Virus record (IMG/VR): IMGVR_UViG_3300045988_171839
Span: 1 to 64,000 of that record
Reading direction: 5' to 3' (one strand)
From: a virus
Length of the DNA stretch: 64,000 nucleotides
In this document: piece by piece, positions 1-11,000 of the stretch
Layout of the letters: every line of letters starts with the position of its first letter
Position numbering within the stretch: position 1 is the first letter of the stretch
Program-made: the position numbers and the translations under genes
The notes under the pieces: model-generated
Databases searched by the model: none
What the model saw: the letters and a program-made list of their open reading frames with translations, nothing else
Told to the model about the DNA's origin: nothing

Positions 1-255
1 CCTCCGAATAAAAGTATTGTTTTATTTGTTGTCTGGGGGCTAATTAACTTAGCCACCCAGACATTAAAAATGAATTAAGTTTTGATTACGTTGACTGAGA
101 GGGCTTATAGCAAAGGCAACCACCGACATAACTGCGCGTATCCGATGTTCCCGATAAGTTTGATGTTAAGTTCCATAATTACTCCTTGTATTTGTCCGCA
201 TACAAAGCCTACGGACGAGCTTGTTATTGATATGTCTAAGTGCTCGATTGTGCAA

Positions 256-1848
256 TTAAAGCTCAAAGTATGCTCCTTTGTCGCTACCTTCACCAATAGC
301 CACGAATTTATTAGCCCCATAAGCTATTCCAAGCCAGTTAATTCTATAAGGCATTGCCATCGTTATCCAATTTATACCATCAATTGAGTATACACCGATG
401 TCACTAATACCTGAAACAGCTAAGTATTTACCATTGCCATATGCTACAGAATGAATAAAACCAAGCGGGATTGTCGTTTTAGTCCAGGATATACCATCAG
501 TAGAATATGCTCCGCCGTCTCTAATTGAAGTTGCTACAAACTTTTCACCATAGGCTATACAATTCCAATCTGCTGTGGTAGGCATACTCATTGTTGTCCA
601 AGTAATGCCATCTAATGAATAAGCTCCAGCAGTGGTCTCGTATCTAACTGCTATGAATTTACCATCTCCATATGCTACACCGCGCCATTGTCCATAGCTA
701 GGCATGTTCATTTCGGTCCAGTTTATACCGTCTACTGAATAAGCACCCACACTTGAACTACCCGAGATTGCGACAAATTTACCGTTGCCATAAGCTATTG
801 ATGTCCAATATTTTGAGGACGGCATATTCATCTCTGCCCAGTTTATACCATCAATTGAGTATACTCCTTTGTCTGTGCCGCTTGCTATTGCAACGAATTT
901 ACCATTTCCATAGGTCACACTGTACCATTGACGCCTTGCTGGCATTGTCATGCTCGTCCAATTTATACCATCGGTTGAATATGCTCCAGATGAACTATCC
1001 AATGCCACCGCAACAAATTTACCGTTTCCATAGGTCACACTATGCCACTCTTTGCTTGCAGACAAAGTAGTTTCTACCCAAGTTATACCATCAGTCGAAT
1101 AAGCACCTTTGTTGCTATCACATGCAACTGCAACAAATTTACCATTTCCATAGGTTACACTGCACCAATCGCCGCTCACTGGCATTGTCGTTGCCGTCCA
1201 AGTTATACCATCCGTTGAATAAGCAGCAGTTGTGCTATATGATACCGCTACAAACTTACCATTGCCGTATGTTACACTTCGCCACGAACGGCTTGCTGGC
1301 ATCGTTGAGTATTTCCAAGTGATACCGTCAGTTGAATAACCACCGTTTGAACTACTATATTCCACCGCAACAAACCTACCGTTGCCGTATGTTACACCGT
1401 ATCTTCTACGCTGCATAGATAAAGTACTTTCTTTCCACCCCTCGTCAAGTACATCCCACCCTGTTGTGGGTAAAACACCACTTTGTATTGCACCAGTTTG
1501 TTGAGGGAGAGCAACGGGCACTTGGTTTTCGGTAAGATAATGAGCATCATTTTCTAATTCGCTTACTTTTTTGGGCAACTGATCTGTTCCCACAGCACCG
1601 ATATTAGTTCTCGCCTGTGCCTGTTGATTACTTTCGAGGTCTTGTTTTTGTGAATATAATACAGCGCCGGTCGGAATCTGATTTTCGGCGGCGGCACCTA
1701 TATTTTTCCTTGCCTGTTCTTGTTCTTTTTCTTCGAGATTTTGTGGGGTATACAACACCGCATCAGTGACTTGTGATTGCCCACCATTCTTAATCTGGTT
1801 GAGCAACGCTTGAACTTCTTGCCCCGTTTGGGTTAGTTTATAACTCAT
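256..1848 (-). CDS. Tail fibre / receptor-binding protein with 10 tandem beta-propeller-like repeats
   Basis: Long ORF with GGAG SD before the ATG at 1848. The N-terminus has fibre-type QAR(K/T)NIGA motifs. The C-terminal two thirds are 10 tandem ~35-aa repeats (W.SV.YGNGKFVAV....AYS.DGI.W). These resemble the Asp-box SxDxGxTW but are one residue shorter. Confidence 0.6.
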   Translation of the reverse strand: MSYKLTQTGQEVQALLNQIKNGGQSQVTDAVLYTPQNLEEKEQEQARKNIGAAAENQIPTGAVLYSQKQDLESNQQAQARTNIGAVGTDQLPKKVSELENDAHYLTENQVPVALPQQTGAIQSGVLPTTGWDVLDEGWKESTLSMQRRRYGVTYGNGRFVAVEYSSSNGGYSTDGITWKYSTMPASRSWRSVTYGNGKFVAVSYSTTAAYSTDGITWTATTMPVSGDWCSVTYGNGKFVAVACDSNKGAYSTDGITWVETTLSASKEWHSVTYGNGKFVAVALDSSSGAYSTDGINWTSMTMPARRQWYSVTYGNGKFVAIASGTDKGVYSIDGINWAEMNMPSSKYWTSIAYGNGKFVAISGSSSVGAYSVDGINWTEMNMPSYGQWRGVAYGDGKFIAVRYETTAGAYSLDGITWTTMSMPTTADWNCIAYGEKFVATSIRDGGAYSTDGISWTKTTIPLGFIHSVAYGNGKYLAVSGISDIGVYSIDGINWITMAMPYRINWLGIAYGANKFVAIGEGSDKGAYFEL

Positions 1849-2015
1849 GTTTCACTCCTTCGGGACTAAGCCCCCTAAAGTATTTTGGAAGAGACGTTTT
1901 TTCGAGAACGTCGCTAAAAACTCGTTATCAACCTTCAAATAAAATGAAGATTTTATTATTCCAACACAGAATCCCCTAATAAATGGGGAATCTGTGTGAA
2001 ATAAGTTAAAATACA

Positions 2016-5000
2016 TTAAGAATGTCTTGTGAGATTACGTGCGGCTTGAAGTTGTCGCACAAAGTCATCCATATCAAACCCAGGTTGAGCAACCATATGA
2101 ACATCCAGATGTTCAACATTAAACGATTCGTCGGTTCCGAACCCTGTTGTGTGACTGAACTTGCCATTGATGTCCACAAGTTGTTTAATCAGGTTAGGAG
2201 CAACCTCGCCCAGTTGCCATACGTTGCGCGTAAGGTCGGCGGGAACAACTCCAGACTTAGACGGAAGAGCCGTCAAAGTGCCCTGAGGAGTAATGACGCC
2301 TTCCAGGCCATATTGAGGATCATCGTTGACAAGAGAGAGGCCACCGGCGGTAGATAGAGTGCCTGTTGCGTAGGAGTCACCACGAAATGTTGATTTTTTG
2401 GTTGAATTCCAACCTTCTAACGCCAGTGCGGTCTCTGGATTTGCTGCGTAAGAAGAACTATCATAAAAGGGCAAACCCGTAAATGAATCATCAACCCCTT
2501 GAGTTTTTTGGTAATCATCCTTCCGCAAAGAGGCTTTATATATAATTCCGTCGTAATTCCAAAACAACTGCTTCGTTCCTTTTGTCTCGCCAAAAATTAA
2601 CCCACTGTACTTAGGTTCTCTTAAGTCTTTATTGTGTTCAATATGAAACATACGCGACACGTTCGCCCACTTCCCTCCATTTAAAAGCACATAGGTTTCC
2701 GAAGGTTTTGCAGCCAAAAACCCCGCATCGTTTGTAGAATTTGGTTGCCAAGTGGTATACACACTTGATACATTATTATAGAGCCCATGATCAAACCTTG
2801 CTCCTCGTACAGGCGCCAAACGAACCGTTTCTCGGTTGAGTATTTCATCAAGTTTTTGCACCGCAGTTCCTTTATCGTCTGTTGTAAGCCCCAGTTCTTT
2901 TACCAATTCTTCTTTGGAACCACCAGCTTGTAAATATGCGTCAGCCTGTGTCTTAAATTTCGACAGATTGTCATTGTACGCTGCGACTTGTCGGACGGCG
3001 CCTACTGTATAATCTTGTTGTGATGCTGGTGCTTCAGTAATGCCTGCTTCAAAAGCTCCCTTGGCAGCACCCAAGGCTTCAATGCGTTTGTCCGAGATAT
3101 TTTTTAAATAATCCTCTGTCTTCTTGCCGTCGGAGCCTGTTTGAGTTGTATCAAGGTTTAGTCGTTGAATTTTAGTATAAGCCTCAGCAAAATAATGCAA
3201 CGCCTGTGCCTGTCCGGTGTTACTAATACCTATTTCCTTTTGCCAACTTTCATAAACCTTTTTTAAGCCCTCAAGCTCTTGGGTACTGGCAATGTCCCCA
3301 AGATATTCGCGCTGTGCCTGCAGTTCATCAATTTGAGTTTGTAATTCGTTAATTTTTTTCTCATTGTCCAAATCTTCCAACTCTTTTTGAGCATCTGCGA
3401 TTGCGGCAGTATCTGCTTCGTAAACCCAACCAACGCCTTCTCTCCACACTTTCTTCTTTTCGTTTTGAGCGTTCTCAAGTTTGATTTTAGCCTCAATAAG
3501 TTTATTTTCATATTCCCGTTGACTGTTGATTTGCTCTAGTGCAGATTTTTGTTCTTCTAGTGCGTTAATTTGTTTTTCATAAGATTTATCCAAATACTTG
3601 TTGACACTTTCAAGTTTCTTAGAATTATCTAGCTGTTCAGCTAAAGCTGTAGCTATAGCCTCATGTTTCTGCATACCTTCTATAATCTTGTTTTTTACGG
3701 CATTTAAAACAGCCTCGTTCTCGTCATCGGCGTTGAGCAGGAGCTCGATGCGCTGAAGCATTTGTTCAGGAGTACTAAGTTCGCCAAAATACCTTTTGTC
3801 AGTAAATAAGCCTTCATATTTACCATTTTGGTAACTCTTGAGAAAATCACGTACGTAAATCTCGGCATTTTTTTCGTTTTTTGCCCAATCGTTTAAAGAG
3901 TTTCTTATATGCAACTCTTTCACACCCGCCGTTATTTGGTTAATGTGGTCGACAATCTTACTAGGATCTGAAATGAAATCAACATATTCGGGATAATTAG
4001 AAATAATTTTTTCCTGAGCATCTAAATCTAAATACCCCGTTTCATAATAACTGTCTAGAATGCCGTACAACCCGTTGAGCATTTCACGTAACTGAGAAGA
4101 GGATTTAACCAAATCAGATAATTTAAGCGCCCCCAGTTGCTTCGACATCTCTTCAAGACGCGTCGTTGACACTCCCAAAGCCGACGCGAAAGATTCTATC
4201 ACGTTGGCATTTTTGTCCTTATCCTGTAAAGCCTCAGAAAGCGTTAAAACAGAACCGTGCAGTAGCTCCTGCATTCTGTCAGATTTACGCAATTGATCGG
4301 TGATATACTTTGTGGCCTCGTCTGTTACATTCCCTTTCGAGTCATAAAGAGCAAACGACTTGGGCGTAAGTTCCAATTTTTCAAATTGCGCAGCAACTTG
4401 TTTGATCGCATCGTCAAGATTTGTTTGAGACAATTGACGAAGTGACATTTGTTCAAGACCAGATGTAATAAACGCTTGTTTAATATACTCTTTGTCTAAT
4501 GTCCGCCAATAAACTCTCTGTTCCTCTGCTGACATATTTGATAGCGCTTTGGACTCTTGTGTTGTTTGCACTTTAGCCATACTTTGAGCCAAGTCAAACA
4601 CCTCTTGTGCTTTTTGACGAGTTTTTTCATCAGCAGCAGTCAACAATTCACGAATGCCTTCTATTGTCTGGAAATCTTCGCCCAAGTTCATCTTAACAGC
4701 CGCTTGTTTCAAATAATCATCAAAATCCAGCCCTTGCGCCGACATTTGTTCGTCGATAGAATTAACACTTTCTTTAATAGCTAAAATGGCCTCTGAAGTT
4801 AAATACTCTTTCTCGGTATAATCATGCACTTCATCAAATGTATTGTTTAATGAATTTAAAGCATCCAATTGTTTCTGAGCTGCTTCTGCACGTTGTTTAC
4901 GTTCGTTTTCTTCTTTATCAACCAATTTAGCAAAAACCGGTCCCAATATAGAACCCAAAGTGGAGCCTATAGCCGCACCCATTGGACCAAATAATGCACC

Positions 5001-8000
5001 AACACCTGTCAAAGCACCAGCTGTAATTCCAGCAGTTGCTTTCGCCCCTGCGGAACCTTCTTGGCTAAACCCAGTGGTTAATGCAGAGGTGACGCCGGCG
5101 CCAACCGCGCCTGCTACGTTCCCTTTAATGTGTGTGCCCAAAAGCGCTTTGGTTTGTTGCCGATCTTGGTAAAACATTTGTTTAATGTTTCGCACATCAT
5201 CAGTAGTGATGCTACCATTTCGTAAATCTTGACGAATTTTTGCCCTATTTGGGCGCCTAAAACGAGAACCTTTAGCATATTCGTCTATATTATGCCACTC
5301 GCCGACGTCATGCGAACCAATATACACTAAACGCCTGGGATCTACCACAGGCGTCTTCGATTGTACCGGAGAAGAGGTTGTAGACTGAACCGGTGAGCCT
5401 TTTATAGCACCCGTAAAACCACGTACTGCTATAGAGGCATCGTCCAGCGCCTTGGTGAGTGACGAAAGCGCGGTCTTGGGAGATGTTTTCCCTAGTAGCC
5501 TGTCAACATAAGTTTGGTTACTGCCCTCTTTCTTTTTATAAAATTCCTGTTGCCACTCTTGTCTTCTCAAGGCTTCTTGTTGTGTTTTTTGTGCAAAAAA
5601 TCCCAGAGAAGCCACAGGGGCCGTTTTACGTTGGTTTAAACTATATTTGATTTGTTCTGTTAGTTTAAACGAATTTCGCGCCCATAGCATAGAAGCAAGC
5701 GCGTTAAACCCAGGCACAACCATTTTGACTAGAATATTAGCCAACTTCGTGAAGGCAATAAGTAGTCCACTATCTTGTATTGATTTCGCCAAGCTTTGTA
5801 ATGACGTCTGCAAGTCGGCCTTTGCTGCCATCAATGTCTGTTCATAAGCAGCATATTTTGTGTCGGCAGTACCTCTGGATAAAGACGACACGTCTTCCAA
5901 CTCGTCAGCCCTATCTTTGTTTTCCATTAAAACCAAGAAAGATTCACGTTGACGAACACCAGCCATAGCAGTAGCAATCGCGTTTTTAGTAACAGAATCG
6001 TATTTTTGCCACTTTTCACTCAGTTCATCAATTACGTCTCCGAAATCTCTAAATTCTTGTGCGTTTTCGCGAATGCGTATTCCTACTTTGCCTAAAACTT
6101 TTTCAATATCGTTAACATTTTCTAAATCGGCATCGGAACTTTCTATACCCGTCATATTTGTGAAAGTCCCTGCTTTAACATTACCATAACGCGCTAAAAC
6201 CGTGCGCAAAGCCATACCCATAGAGGAAGGGTCTCGTTGGGTAACTTCAATCATGGTGGACAAGTAGCCAATTGTTTTATCAATGGATAACCCCGCTAGC
6301 TGAGCAGTTGTTGCAACGTTTTGCATTGCTGCAGCAATACCACCAGCGCTAACAGCTGCTTCCATATCGACAGCGGTTAACTTGTCAACAATATTAACTG
6401 CGTCGGCAGCCTCTAATTTGAAGCCCTTGATCATAGACGTCAAATAAGTTGTAGCTTGGCCGGCCTCAATCATACCTAATTTGCTCAAATATGTTGAAGC
6501 TTTGATCAGCTCGTTAGCCTGCCCTGCTTCATAACCTTGTCTAAGCCACTCGTTTGCCGAAGCAGCAATTTGAGTTGTGGTGGTGTGTAATTGTTGAGCA
6601 AGTTTACCATAATCATTAATTAATGATGAAACTTCTTGGCGACTGTCGCCACTGACAACTTGTAAGTTGAACATTGCAACATCAAGTTCATTCACCTGTT
6701 GCACAAGCTGACGCAAACCTTGCGTTATACGATTCAGAATACGATATACACCATTGTAATCGAACATTCTCGTAATGGTATTTTTAACACCACTTCCAAT
6801 AACATCTAACCAATTCCCGGCGCCCTTGGCCATTCCAGCAACCTTAAGCCTGTTTAATTCTCTCTTGGTTTGAAGTTGAGCATCAGCTTCGGCGGTTTCT
6901 GCCTGTGTCAATTTATTGTTTTCAACAAGCAGATTACGTTTTTCAACTAACTCTTTAAGTTCAGCCTTTAGTATATCAATTTGTCCTCTATCGGCTTGAA
7001 TTCCTCTTTCGAGTTTACTCGGTGTGGTTCTAGATTGTTTGTCCAAAACCAACATGTCCTTTTCCGTCTTAGCAATCTGATCGTTATAGCGTTTGTACTG
7101 GTTCAATACGGCTTCTCGTTGCTTTTGGGCAAGTAAGCGCTGTTTCTCATCATCTTTGAGAATTTTTTCATACCCAAAGTGTAAATCGCCCATCGCAACA
7201 GAATGATCGACCTCTTTCTTGGCAGAACTTGTGAATTCGTTCACCATGTCACTAGTTAAAGCCAATTCTTTAATTTTTTCTTTTCGAATCTTTTCGAAAG
7301 CTTTAATTTCCTCGACAAGATCTTGGTAGTATTTTGTGAGCTTCTTGAAGACTAACGAGTCATCTCCATATTGCCCTTTGGCCTTATCCAACTGTTCTTT
7401 AAGAGCCTGCTCTTCTGCAAGCTTCTTTTCATAATTAACACTTATCGTCCCAAAATCTTCTGCCCCAAAGGTTTCTCCAGTTGCCTTTTGATATTTCTTC
7501 TGGAAATCGGGACTCATTGTTTGCGTCAATTGCGGAGAGGCTGTAGCAGAATTACTTATGATTTTTTGTTCCTCTGCCGTTAATGACATTCCTTCTACTA
7601 ATTTTTGAGAAATATTTCTAGGAACATCCGCAATATTATAAACTTTGGTTTTCCCTTGATAACTTTGGACAAGTTGCGCACTAACATCCAACGATTGGTG
7701 TAATTGGCGTAATGTGGCTTCCGATAAGAGTGTCTGCTCGGTCATTTTTGTCAAAGCAGCCGTTTCTCCCTCTTTTCGCCATATCTCATCCAAATCTTGT
7801 TTAATGCGACGGTACATTTCAACATAAATCAGAACCTGCTCGATGCTCTTGGCTCCAAGTTTAGCCTCGTTTTTGAAGTCCACCACATTAAACATTTGAT
7901 AGTCGTTACCGTTTTCGGCCATACGCTTGCTTGTGTAGATGGCATCCGTCTTACCTTTTACAATAAAACTGTCTTCGTTTAAGCGTACTTTTTCTTCAGC

Positions 8001-11000
8001 TGCACGATACGCGTCTGTACCTGCAAGTCTGTTATAAGCACCATAATTACGTATAGCATATTCATTGGCAATAAGGGCATATTTTTCAACCTCTTGTTTG
8101 TCAAACAACATCGACATATTCTTTTTGAAGGCCTTCTTTGCCTCCATAAGAATCTCAGGATCATTTTTAATTTTACTTTCGGAAAAGGCGTGCGCGAGAG
8201 TCCCGATTAAAGTACCCACAACACTCTTCCTATCTTCTTTAAATTGCTCCAAATCGGTATAATCGAATTTTTTTGCCTTTTGTTCAAGACTAAGGCTGCC
8301 CCACCTGGTCTTAGAATCTTTAAATCCTATTATTTTCCCCTGCAGATAGCCTGCGGCAGATTCGTCCCCATAATAGGGATTTAAACTTGCCGCGATACCC
8401 GTTGGTGTCATATAGGTTTTTCCATAGCGTTCGTTAAGACCGCCTCGGCCTTGTTTAGCAAGCAAGTCTCGAATTTCTTCTAATATACTAACAATTTTAG
8501 GATCAAATCCTGTTTTGTTGCCCTTTTCCTCTGTAACTGTCAGTTTGTTGATGGCTTTGATAAGTTCTCCAGCTGCCGTGCCCAGTCCTGTTGGGCCGGT
8601 TTCTTCACGGAATCGTCCGTGTGCTTGTTTAGCTTTTGCCAAAAAGTCATCATCTAAATTACCACCAAACGCCTTTAATGTGCCTACACTAAAACCAAAT
8701 TGATTAAAAGCTCCGTTGTTCAGCGCATTAAGTAATAAAGATTTAAACTGGGCTTCATTACCTCTGAAACTTTCCCAATCCCGATATTTATCAATGGTTT
8801 GGGCAATAGCGTCCAAATCAGCTTTGACAATACCAGACTTTTCCAAAGCTTCGTACGCTGAAGCATTTTGGCTCATCGCTAAAGTGCCCAATATTCGTTG
8901 GGAACGCCAGGCCTCTAATTTGTTGTCTTTATAGATTCCTTGTTCCGCACCGGCTTGAATCACATCGTTCACATTTGCTTTATTTTTGTAAACTTCATCA
9001 ATAACTTTGTTAATCGCGATATTAAAAGACTTGTCAAGTTGCTCAGCGAACGTTTGTTCATCAACTTTGTCCAAATCGGAACCAAGCGTGGTTTGCATAT
9101 CTTGGATTGCAACGTCCCAAAGTTTCTTAGAAGAAATCGCATTTTGCTCAGCTTGTTCTAGTGCTTCAAAAACAAACGACCCCTTAATAAAGTCGATAGT
9201 TGAATTCAAATCTCCGCCTACAACAGCACCCGTACCCAACTTTTGTAACTCTAAAACATTTCGAGCACCTTTTGCAACGTTGGACCAGTTACCTGTTTTA
9301 TCTTTCGCCTGGTTTTGATAGGAACGCACTATTGCCATTTGCTTATCGTTTAACACTTGATTTTTCGCCAAATCAAGAATTACCGATGAGTCGGCGTCGG
9401 ATGAGGTAATAGCCGGAATGTTCTTTCCTATAACTCTATATAAAAATTCATTATAACGTTTGACTCTTTCCAAAGTTTCGTCTAACCAGCCAAACTGTTC
9501 GGGAGTAGCGTCGATCAGCTTGGCAGCCTGTCGAAGTTGAACTAACGCGGTGTATAATTTATCACCGTCAAAGTCCCCCATGATCAATTTGTTGAGACCA
9601 CGGTTACTTTCGATTACGTTTGTTCCTAGGCCCTCTTTACCAAAGACCAACCCTCCGTATTGTAAGTTAATGGCTTGGCTATAAGGCTGCCTCCCCAATA
9701 CAGCTTCAACACCGCGACTTAAAATAGGATTCGTGCCGCCATAAAAATTCTGATGTTCTTTGGTTCCCGTGGTAAAAATATTGGTCGCAAAATCGACCAT
9801 TTCGGCAAAATTCTTAAAGTTTTGATTGGCGAGAGCTGATTCGATAGCTTTGTCTTGCCCCTGTTCTGCAAAAAGTTGTAAATATTGAGCCAAGTTTTCT
9901 ACAAAGTCGTCGCTCTTGTAAGCGTTCAACCCAAGTGCGACACTTGCTCTAATATGTTCTTTATCGACATAGGTACCGCTATCCTTCATGCGTTCGCGCA
10001 AGGCGTCAACTTCATTCGCAGTATCTGTCGCTACAATATTGGTATTTTCGCCATAAAACGTAGAGTACGCTAAACGTTTCTTATATCTCTTATCATATCT
10101 CTCTTGAGCCGCTTGTCTTGCTTCTTCTTGGTTATGAGCCATTTTTGCCAAGAATTGCTCATTGACCGCCCCGCCAGTGTTTTCAAAGTTGTAAGCCTCT
10201 GCCTTTAAGACAGCGGTTAGCAAGTCTTTCTTTTCAGATGCTGATGCGCCCGCTTGAACTGCCATAAGCAAGTTTTCCAAGCTTTCGTTATAATCCCCAA
10301 TTTCATCAGTGTATTTGCCCAAATCGAGATATCGCGCTTCTCCCATATCCGCGCCCAAATCAACCAAAATTGTTGCCAGCTTTGCTTGAGTTTGGTCCAT
10401 AGATTGCAACTTCTCATCAAGTTTACCCCAAATGGTTTCATCTCTGTATTCGGGATTACTTTGTCCGTTGTCTAATTTCTCAGTGCGACGAAGTGTGTTT
10501 ATGTCAATAAAGTGTGCTTGATTGCCATACATGTCTCTCGAGCCAACAACGATTGTGTTAACACCCGCATTTCGATTGATATAATCAGGGTTTAACCCCG
10601 CTCGCGAACCTATTAGTTGAGCTTGACGCTCAATATGTTCATTATAGTCTCGTATACGTTTCTTTTTTTCTTCGATATCCTTTGCGGTTGCTCCAAAAGC
10701 GACAAGTTGGACAGTTTGTAAAAAATCACTATTCTCGGGGGTTATTTCCACACCGGCTGCGCGAGCCGAACGTTCAAGATCTTCTACTTCCCAGTTTGTT
10801 GGCAAGCTGGCCGCACCTCTTGGTTCATATTCACCATAACGTGCGCCAACAACATCAGTAAAGCTAGACGCAAGGGCCTTAGTTTGTAATTTCCCATCAA
10901 CAATTTCATATCCATTTTTTCCGCCCGTCAACTCATCTAACAGATATAAGGTTTCACCCGTAAATTTGGTACGAGCCGATACGTTTGAGCCCACGTACTT

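Noticed and set aside
31-62. Hairpin GTCTGGGGGC..GCCACCCAGAC as the terminator of the 256-1848 gene
   Set aside because: It lies ~190 nt past the stop codon and is followed by no U-tract on either strand. It is possibly regulatory for the next gene beyond the window, but this is not supportable.
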